From: a virus
IMG/VR virus record: IMGVR_UViG_3300021425_003044
Location: 2,259-66,258 of that record
Length of the DNA: 64,000 nucleotides
Direction: 5' to 3' (one strand)
Numbering within the stretch: position 1 is the stretch's first letter; each line of letters opens with the position of its first letter. Under the pieces are notes generated by a model that searched no databases, was not told the DNA's origin, and saw only the letters and a program-made list of their open reading frames with translations. Shown here piece by piece: positions 48,703 through 55,865 of the stretch. The translations under genes were made by a program, and so were the position numbers.

Positions 48703-50940
48703 ATGGTAGAGCCGAGTGAAGAATTAAAACTGGTTTTTGAAAAATCTATAAATGATGCAAAACAATTATTACATGAGTATGTAACCCTTGAACATTTACT
48801 GTTTGCTGTGCTTTGTAGTGACAATTTAGTCAATATACTAAAGGGATTTGGGTCAGATGTAGATTTTATCAAAAAAAATTTAGAACACTATCTAAAAAAT
48901 GACTGTGGGGACATAACTTCTACAGAGCCTGTTGCAAAACCAAAAAAAACACAAGCAGTTGAACGTGTTTTAAATAGAGCATTTACCCAATGCCTTTTCA
49001 ACGGTAGATCCCAAATCGAATTATCTGACATTATTCTTAGTATAATTGCTGAGAAAAAATCTATGGCAAGCTACTATCTCGAAAAAGGTGGTGTGAACAA
49101 AGATCAATTAACAGATTACTTGCATAATGAAATAGAACCTGATTTAGAGTTAGAAGAAAACAATAGTCAAGCACAAAGGGCACTTAAATCATTTACTGTA
49201 AATTTAAATAAAGAAGCAGAAAATAATAAAATCGATCCAGTAATTGGTAGAGAAGACATTATAGAATCTGTTGCATTATCTTTAGGCCGCAGACAAAAAA
49301 ACAATATTATTCTAGTAGGTGATCCTGGAGTAGGGAAAACGGCTATTATAGAAGGACTAGCATATAAAATTGTCCATAAAGAAGTACCTGAATTTTTAAG
49401 CGAATATCAAGTATATAATCTTGATATAGGAGGCTTGTTAGCAGGGACAAAATATCGCGGAGACTTTGAAGAAAGATTAAAATTAATCTTACAAGGTTTA
49501 AAAAGCAAAGGAAAAACTATACTTTTTATTGACGAAGCACACATGATAAACGGTGCTGGCGCAGGAGGCGGTAAAGACTCAAATGATCTTGCTAATATGC
49601 TCAAGCCTGCACTAAGCAAAGGCAATATTAAAGTTGTTGCTAGCACTACGTGGGAAGAATATAGGAAATATTTTGAGAAAGACCGGGCATTAATGCGTAG
49701 ATTCCAGCGTGTCACAGTAGAAGAACCGTCACCTGAAATCACTGTTGATATCCTTAACGGTATTAAAAAATATTATGAAGAATTCCATAATACAGAAATT
49801 ACAGAAGAAGCTATCAAAGCAGCAATCAAATTAAGTGTAAAGTATCAAACTGATAAGAAATTACCAGATAAAGCTATAGATTTAATTGACGTTGCCTGTA
49901 GTAGATTTAACCTTATAGAGGATGAAATTGAAAGGAAGATTGATGACAAATCAATTCAATTTGAACTTGCAAAAATGATTAATTTGCCAGCAGAGCAGGT
50001 AGCAGAGAGAGAAACTGAAAATCTAGCACATTTGGAAAAGAATATTAAAGACAGTGTGTATGGACAAGACAAAGCCATTGAAGATCTAGTTGATAAAATC
50101 CTTATCGCACAAGCTGGTCTTAAAGAAGAAACAAAGCCAATTGGTAGTTTTGTGTTTATGGGACCTACAGGAACTGGAAAGACAGAAACTGCGAAACAGC
50201 TCGCTAATCATTTAGGAGTAAAGCTTGTAAGATTTGACATGAGTGAGTATCAAGAAAAACACAGTGTTGCAAAATTAATTGGTTCTCCTCCGGGATACGT
50301 AGGCTACGAGGAGAGTAACGGCCTTCTTATTACAAAACTAGAAGAACATCCTAATTGCGTTTTATTACTAGATGAAATTGAAAAAGCTCATCCAGATGTT
50401 TCGCAGATTTTACTACAAATTATGGATAATGGAAGGATTACAGGATCGCACGGTAAAGAAGCGGATGCAAGGAACTGTATTCTAATCCTTACAACCAATC
50501 TTGGTGCAGAAGAAGCAGAGAAAAACACTATAGGCTTTGGTAACGAGTTTGATCAGACGTATTCAGATACAGAACTCAAAAACTTTTTTGCTCCAGAATT
50601 TAGGAATAGGCTCGACGGTGTTGTCACATTTGGTAAGTTAAGTAAAGAAACTATGATGAAAATTGTAGGCAAATTTTTGTATGCACTTAGACAACAGGTA
50701 CAGCACAAAAATATCACAATATCAATCGATGACGAAGCACTTGACATGCTCGTAGAGAAAGGATATGACAGCAAGATGGGTGCAAGACCGTTGCAGAGAA
50801 TTATTGATAGAGAAATCAAAAAACCTCTTAGTAAAGCAATGTTGTTTGGTAGTTTAAAAAATGGCGGGAAATGTAAGATTGTGATTAAAGATAACGAGTT
50901 TGATATTACAGTAGAGGAGGAGCATGTTGCAGCACATTGA
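48703..50940 (+). CDS. clpA: ClpA-type Hsp100 ATPase
   Basis: N-domain HEYVTLEHLL, GDPGVGKT, GPTGTGKT, IGF ClpP-docking loop, MGARPL; no ClpB middle domain. Confidence 0.92.
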   Translation: MVEPSEELKLVFEKSINDAKQLLHEYVTLEHLLFAVLCSDNLVNILKGFGSDVDFIKKNLEHYLKNDCGDITSTEPVAKPKKTQAVERVLNRAFTQCLFNGRSQIELSDIILSIIAEKKSMASYYLEKGGVNKDQLTDYLHNEIEPDLELEENNSQAQRALKSFTVNLNKEAENNKIDPVIGREDIIESVALSLGRRQKNNIILVGDPGVGKTAIIEGLAYKIVHKEVPEFLSEYQVYNLDIGGLLAGTKYRGDFEERLKLILQGLKSKGKTILFIDEAHMINGAGAGGGKDSNDLANMLKPALSKGNIKVVASTTWEEYRKYFEKDRALMRRFQRVTVEEPSPEITVDILNGIKKYYEEFHNTEITEEAIKAAIKLSVKYQTDKKLPDKAIDLIDVACSRFNLIEDEIERKIDDKSIQFELAKMINLPAEQVAERETENLAHLEKNIKDSVYGQDKAIEDLVDKILIAQAGLKEETKPIGSFVFMGPTGTGKTETAKQLANHLGVKLVRFDMSEYQEKHSVAKLIGSPPGYVGYEESNGLLITKLEEHPNCVLLLDEIEKAHPDVSQILLQIMDNGRITGSHGKEADARNCILILTTNLGAEEAEKNTIGFGNEFDQTYSDTELKNFFAPEFRNRLDGVVTFGKLSKETMMKIVGKFLYALRQQVQHKNITISIDDEALDMLVEKGYDSKMGARPLQRIIDREIKKPLSKAMLFGSLKNGGKCKIVIKDNEFDITVEEEHVAAH

Positions 50941-51634
50941 GACTACCAAGTTATATTATAATGAATACCTTTATGCGTTAAAATGTCAAAATCCTCTACT
51001 TACTATTTTCCGCGGATGTCAATCAGGCGCTAGCTGGGCAAGAAGAATACTTGACGGGCTACGTCCTTATTTTGAAGATAAGCAAAAATTATCTTCAGAT
51101 ATCCCGCATCACATAAGGGAGGAAATAAATAAAGGCAAGATTAAATATCGCCATTTTAGAGATGCACAAACAATTTATAAATGCCTAAGTGAAAAATTTT
51201 CAAGCCAAGAATTTAAAATTAGGATAGATTGGCCGTCATCTGCTAAGTTTTATGCAAACGACAAAGCATGGTTATTAGAGATGGCTACTAGAGTTGAATG
51301 TGCTTATGAATTCCATCAACCGGATCCGAAGTATGTTAATACATTATTGCAAAACGGGCACATCATCCTTGTTGATAAACCTCCCGTATATAAATGGAAA
51401 GTAAAATTTAACAGCAACAAAGGCAATCCTAACTTTGCTAAATGGTGCAAAAACAATCCAGACAAAATTAAAATTTCCGACAGCACAATAGAGTATATGG
51501 AAAAAAGCTACGGGCTAGAAGGATGTTTTATGTATGTACGTGATAAATCTGTATTAACACTTGTAACTTTAATGGCAGGAAATAACCTAGGTCGTACTGA
51601 TGAACTTGTGTATTGTAAAGATTTAGATAAATAA
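50924..51634 (+). CDS. hypothetical protein (236 aa)
   Basis: GAGGAGG SD; overlaps the clpA stop. Confidence 0.7.
   Translation: MLQHIETTKLYYNEYLYALKCQNPLLTIFRGCQSGASWARRILDGLRPYFEDKQKLSSDIPHHIREEINKGKIKYRHFRDAQTIYKCLSEKFSSQEFKIRIDWPSSAKFYANDKAWLLEMATRVECAYEFHQPDPKYVNTLLQNGHIILVDKPPVYKWKVKFNSNKGNPNFAKWCKNNPDKIKISDSTIEYMEKSYGLEGCFMYVRDKSVLTLVTLMAGNNLGRTDELVYCKDLDK
51626..51633 (+). promoter_or_regulatory. late promoter element GATAAATA heading the tagged-protein cluster
   Basis: 5 nt before ATG 51639. Confidence 0.65.
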
Positions 51635-51638
51635 CAAT

Positions 51639-51698
51639 ATGTTAGTTTCTGAGATATTTAATACCGAAGCTGAGTACCAATCATGTAGAGCGTGGTAA
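51639..51698 (+). pseudogene. 19-codon micro-ORF MLVSEIFNTEAEYQSCRAW, probable internally deleted head-protein gene
   Basis: Directly follows the late element, ends 1 nt before the next ATG, starts with the same tag as ORF 53337. Confidence 0.55.
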
Positions 51699-51699
51699 T

Positions 51700-52035
51700 A
51701 TGAGATTAGATGAGATAGGAATTTCCTTACAAAAAGATATTGATTTTGATTTAGTAGAAGATGCTTTAGTATTCATGCGTAATAATCCTATGTTTTATAG
51801 GAAAGACTATTACCCAACTGTTGCTAAAATGGCAGATATGCACAGAGGAGGATCGTCATATGATCCTGATTCTATATTGTCGCCTATGGTAACAAGAGGT
51901 ATTAATAGCTACTGCAAGGAATATAAACTTGCTAACATGCCAGATGACATCTTCCACGAAGACCATAGACGTAGATTATTGAATAAAATACGTGAAGAAG
52001 AATTAAAGCAGATAGAAAAAGGTGATTATACGTGA
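51700..52035 (+). CDS. putative internal head protein (tag MRLDEI)
   Basis: N-terminal tag; late operon. Confidence 0.65.
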   Translation: MRLDEIGISLQKDIDFDLVEDALVFMRNNPMFYRKDYYPTVAKMADMHRGGSSYDPDSILSPMVTRGINSYCKEYKLANMPDDIFHEDHRRRLLNKIREEELKQIEKGDYT

Positions 52036-52880
52036 GGTTAAGACAGCTATTTGAAGCACCTGGTAAAACTGCTGCATTTGCGTTTGGCAGATTAAATCCT
52101 GCAACAAATGGTCATGAGCTTTTAGTACAAGAAATAGTAAAACAACCTGGAGATGCTTTCCTCTTTTTAAGTGATAGACCTGCTAAACTTCCTTCTGATC
52201 CTTTGTCAGCAGCAGAAAAATTAGATTGGGCACAAAAAAGCTTTAATAATATTGCTGTAGGTTTAGCAAAAAATGCTTTAGTTGCTGCAGACAGATTATA
52301 CAAAATGGGATATACAAATTTAATATATCTAGAGGGCGAAGCTAAGATGGGCACTGTTATTAAAAAATATAACGGTGTAGAAGCTGCAATGCACAACTTT
52401 AATTTTGATAATATTGATCTAGTTAGATTAGAAAGAGATCCAGACGATCCCGGAGCCCGAGGCATGAGTGCAACAAAACTTAGACAAACTGTAGTGGATA
52501 ATGATTTTGATGCATTCCAAGCCGGTATAACACAAGCTGCACAACCTTACGCAGAAGACATGTTTAAAAAATTACAAGAACTTTTAAACGTAAACGAAGC
52601 ACATATGGTAGGTCATGATACTATTATTCCACAACCTAAATTAACACTGGTAATAGACACACCTGGTGATTTAGATTGGTACAAACTAGGACAGCATTAT
52701 CCTACACTTGCACAACAAGATCCAAGAGAATACGGCCAAGAAGACTCCGATACAGTAATGACATTTAGCACCCCAGCAGAAATGTCTCATATGAAACGAA
52801 TGCTAGACAAGATGGGTGCAAAGTATAAAGAAATTGGTGGCACTCACCAACATCCTGAAGTCCATCAGCCAAAAAAATGA
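52032..52880 (+). CDS. HIGH-class nucleotidyltransferase (cytidylyltransferase-like) with tag and an extra C-terminal domain
   Basis: FAFGRLNPATNGH, RDPD..GMSATKLR; tag MRLRQLFEA; internal VNEA boundary. Confidence 0.75.
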   Translation: MRLRQLFEAPGKTAAFAFGRLNPATNGHELLVQEIVKQPGDAFLFLSDRPAKLPSDPLSAAEKLDWAQKSFNNIAVGLAKNALVAADRLYKMGYTNLIYLEGEAKMGTVIKKYNGVEAAMHNFNFDNIDLVRLERDPDDPGARGMSATKLRQTVVDNDFDAFQAGITQAAQPYAEDMFKKLQELLNVNEAHMVGHDTIIPQPKLTLVIDTPGDLDWYKLGQHYPTLAQQDPREYGQEDSDTVMTFSTPAEMSHMKRMLDKMGAKYKEIGGTHQHPEVHQPKK

Positions 52881-53092
52881 ATTTAGACGAACTTAAAAAA
52901 CTAGCAGGTATAACAGAATTTACAGGGTATACAGAATATAAGATAGATGAAAATCCCAGTGAAACTGCAACTGCATTAAAGAAAAAAGAAAAGGAAATGG
53001 GATTAAAACCCGGAGATCAAGATTGGTTTAAACTTTGGTTTAGTCAACCTTACATGACTGGCCCTGTGCAATTTAGAGGAAGGAAAAAATGA
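52877..53092 (+). CDS. putative internal head protein (MNLDELKKLAGITE)
   Basis: Tag-like N-terminus; KPGDQDWFKLWF motif. Confidence 0.65.
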   Translation: MNLDELKKLAGITEFTGYTEYKIDENPSETATALKKKEKEMGLKPGDQDWFKLWFSQPYMTGPVQFRGRKK

Positions 53093-53340
53093 AATTAAAT
53101 GAGATTGATTTATCCTTGAAAGATATTATAAAAGCAATTAATTTTGGTAGAGCTGCACAAAATATTACAGCTGATCAAGTAAAGCAAGCAGCATTTAATA
53201 TTGCTCAGCAAAAAACAATCGATTATATAGATAAATCAGCTGAAGATGCATACTACAGTAGACAAAAAGACCAATATCCTCCTCAAACAAGGAAACCACA
53301 AAGAAAATTAGGTAGAATGAAAGGAGACTTTCTAAAATGA
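53089..53340 (+). CDS. putative internal head protein (MKLNEI)
   Basis: Tag-like N-terminus; coupled ORF. Confidence 0.6.
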   Translation: MKLNEIDLSLKDIIKAINFGRAAQNITADQVKQAAFNIAQQKTIDYIDKSAEDAYYSRQKDQYPPQTRKPQRKLGRMKGDFLK

Positions 53341-54071
53341 TTGTAAGTGAAATATTAGAATCAGCAACAGGCAGCTCGATAAGCGGCGATAAATTCGATG
53401 CAAGTGGAAAACCGTTTAAAGAATCTACAACCGTACTAGAACGAAGAGAAGCTGATTTATATCATTCTACTCAAGAGTATGAAGAAATACTCAACTCAGG
53501 ATTCATTGAACCAATGGAAAATGAGGAAGACCTTGAAACTGGAGCTGATGATAAACCTGCTATTAGCTTAACTAGAGATAAAAATATGAATATATTTGGT
53601 CCTGTACAATTTGTAATTGATCAAACAAAACTTGCAAACACACATAAAATTAGACCTATTGATGCAGTTTTTACTAGATGGGGCGACGGAGAGGATGAAC
53701 TAGAAAGAAGATCAGAGAGCGAAGAACGGGTTTACAAACCTATCCCTATGAGTTATATCAAAGCATTACGAGTTGTAGAACCAGAATATGTTGATATAGA
53801 AGAACTTGCCGATTTAGCAGCAAAACACAACTTACCTTTGTTAGGACCAGATGACAACCCAATCACAGAAAATATAAAAGAATCGGCAACAGCAGGATCT
53901 ACCGCAGCAGGTAATATAGCAACAGTAGCAAGTGTTCCTGCAGCATATAGGAAAATTAAAAAAGGCAAAAACGGATTGCCAAAAGCACCACAAGCTACAA
54001 ATCCAGACGGTACTGCTAAGAATGCTATTGATACAAATATCAATCTAATGGGCGGCGTTATAAAGAGATAA
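53337..54071 (+). CDS. tagged polyprotein with an ADP-ribosyltransferase-like domain
   Basis: LYHST...ILNSG...ISLTRD...ESEERV...IPMSYI; flanked by ILESAT and IKESAT. Confidence 0.55.
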   Translation: MIVSEILESATGSSISGDKFDASGKPFKESTTVLERREADLYHSTQEYEEILNSGFIEPMENEEDLETGADDKPAISLTRDKNMNIFGPVQFVIDQTKLANTHKIRPIDAVFTRWGDGEDELERRSESEERVYKPIPMSYIKALRVVEPEYVDIEELADLAAKHNLPLLGPDDNPITENIKESATAGSTAAGNIATVASVPAAYRKIKKGKNGLPKAPQATNPDGTAKNAIDTNINLMGGVIKR

Positions 54072-54074
54072 ATA
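54067..54074 (+). promoter_or_regulatory. late promoter element GATAAATA
   Basis: Overlaps the upstream stop. Confidence 0.6.
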
Positions 54075-54097
54075 TACGAAATATATTTGGAGAACTC

Positions 54098-54568
54098 ATG
54101 AGAAAAGAAGAATTTAAAGAAGGTTTAGGCGACTTAGCCCATGCAGCAGAGCTAGATCATGAAGTACAAATGGCTAGATCAGATCTGTATAAAATCGCAA
54201 AGTATGCAATTAAGCTTCACGAAATGCTCAAAGGTGTCAGCGAGCAAGAAGGTTTAGAAGGTTGGGTACAAGCTAAGATTACAAAGGCTTCGGACGGTTT
54301 AGAAAGTGTATATCATAATCTAGATTACAAGATGAACTTTGAGAAAAAGAACGAGCCTAGTGATATGGCAGTAGAAATGCCGTTTGAAAGTGCTTATAAA
54401 AACAACCTTGCAAGACATCTTACGAAAAATCTACAAGAAAAATCTAAAAAAAAAGTAGACGATAAAGAAGTAGACGAAGCAGACGGCGATCCTTGTTGGA
54501 AAAACTACAAAATGGTAGGAACGAAAAAGCAGAACGGTAGAGAAGTTCCTAATTGCGTTCCTAAATGA
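54098..54568 (+). CDS. putative internal head protein with C-terminal CWKNY...VPNCVPK module
   Basis: Tag MRKEEFKEG; LEGWVQAKIT helix; Cys-flanked module after VDEA. Confidence 0.65.
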   Translation: MRKEEFKEGLGDLAHAAELDHEVQMARSDLYKIAKYAIKLHEMLKGVSEQEGLEGWVQAKITKASDGLESVYHNLDYKMNFEKKNEPSDMAVEMPFESAYKNNLARHLTKNLQEKSKKKVDDKEVDEADGDPCWKNYKMVGTKKQNGREVPNCVPK

Positions 54569-55200
54569 GTGCTTTATTAGCAAACTTACCTAACACAAAA
54601 GTCTATGTCCGCAAAGAATACTTAATGGATTTTAAAGGCGGACATGGAGAATTTGTAGAAGGACACTGGGTTACTGTAAAAAGCATGCCTGGTAGGGCTT
54701 TCTACTTCGAAACTTATCTCCCTGAATATGCAGCACTATACGACAAGCTTCCTATCAGTGCATTTGTAAGCGAACCAAACAAACCAGATCCAGATTTACC
54801 ACTACAAGACCTACAGTTTTGGAATGCAATGGATTATGGTGTAACTGCTATATATAAACAATTTATAGGCAGTATGGATTTTGAAATACTTACTCGCAGT
54901 CATCAAGTAATGCACGGAACGTATCTATTCACTTTAGATAATTATCACGAAAGTGCAGATGAAATAGATTATTCGACAAGTGAAATACCCGAAGAACACA
55001 AAAGTTTTAATATACTAGAACTAGATAACGGACAGTATGCAGCCTATCCTAACAATAGGATGCGTGTATACGACAACAGCTTAACCCCTAAGCAACCAAA
55101 AAATCCTGATTTTAAAGTAAGCACTCAATTCTATCAAGTTGAAAATGGTTATTCATACCGACTAGGCGACACTGACGAGTATTATTGGAAATCAGAATAA
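54565..55200 (+). CDS. conserved phage hypothetical protein (211 aa)
   Basis: NLP...VRKEYL...GHGEF...YDKLPISAF...EHKS...NGQYAAYPNNR, recalled from aquatic phage hypotheticals. Confidence 0.75.
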   Translation: MSALLANLPNTKVYVRKEYLMDFKGGHGEFVEGHWVTVKSMPGRAFYFETYLPEYAALYDKLPISAFVSEPNKPDPDLPLQDLQFWNAMDYGVTAIYKQFIGSMDFEILTRSHQVMHGTYLFTLDNYHESADEIDYSTSEIPEEHKSFNILELDNGQYAAYPNNRMRVYDNSLTPKQPKNPDFKVSTQFYQVENGYSYRLGDTDEYYWKSE

Positions 55201-55202
55201 TA

Positions 55203-55231
55203 TTGACAGATTAGATTTTAACCATTATAAT
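55203..55231 (+). promoter_or_regulatory. consensus sigma70 promoter
   Basis: TTGACA-17 bp-TATAAT, immediately followed by TAAGTA. Confidence 0.85.
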
Positions 55232-55251
55232 TAAGTATTTAAAGGAGAAAT

Positions 55252-55512
55252 ATGAGCGATAGAGTCTATGGTATTGACGAAAAAGCAAAATTAGAAAGAC
55301 TAGTTAACGAGGGTTGTACTGTATTACAAGAAATACAAGATTTAAACGAGGGTTTAAAAGACACTGTAAAGGCTGTTGCAGAGGAGCTTAATGTGAAACC
55401 TAGCTTAATTAATAAAGCTATTAAAATTGCACACAAAGCAGACTGGCATCGTGTTGCGGATGAATTTGAAGATCTAGAAACTTTAATAGCTACAGTAGGC
55501 AAGGATCACTGA
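55252..55512 (+). CDS. dsDNA-binding protein (T4 DsbA/GapR-like)
   Basis: Helical KLxxLVxEG...EIxDLxEGLKDTVKAVAEEL...INKAIKIAHK; AAGGAG SD; near the polymerase. Confidence 0.6.
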   Translation: MSDRVYGIDEKAKLERLVNEGCTVLQEIQDLNEGLKDTVKAVAEELNVKPSLINKAIKIAHKADWHRVADEFEDLETLIATVGKDH

Positions 55513-55799
55513 TGTTATGGCAAAAAATAAAAGATTTTTGGATTAGGAGTTATACTAGCGACAGGACTGCATTTTATTTTGAAACTATTGCTAGTATTTG
55601 TGTCTTTACAAGCATGACATGGATATCTGTTACAGCACAACACCCTCCAATGCATTTAATATATCCTGTGAGCTTTACTGGTGCAGTTTTTAGTATTATT
55701 GCATTTGTTAGGCGAGGAGTAGGGTGGCCATTAGTAATGACTATTTACTTTGCATGTTTACATGTTTTTGGTTTTGGTCGTGCAATGGGTTGGTATTGA
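55512..55799 (+). CDS. small 3-TM membrane protein (paralog of 12214-12492)
   Basis: Hydrophobic; aligns by eye with ORF 12214. Confidence 0.7.
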   Translation: MLWQKIKDFWIRSYTSDRTAFYFETIASICVFTSMTWISVTAQHPPMHLIYPVSFTGAVFSIIAFVRRGVGWPLVMTIYFACLHVFGFGRAMGWY

Positions 55800-55855
55800 T
55801 AAATAATTTTTTACGCTTTAAGCATGTAGACGGTTCGTTAGCCAAAAAATAACGA
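55798..55855 (+). promoter_or_regulatory. late element GATAAATA plus a hairpin in the polymerase leader
   Basis: TCGTTA-GCCAAAAAA-TAACGA at 55835-55855, 10 nt before ATG. Confidence 0.5.
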
Positions 55856-55865
55856 GAAAGAATAA

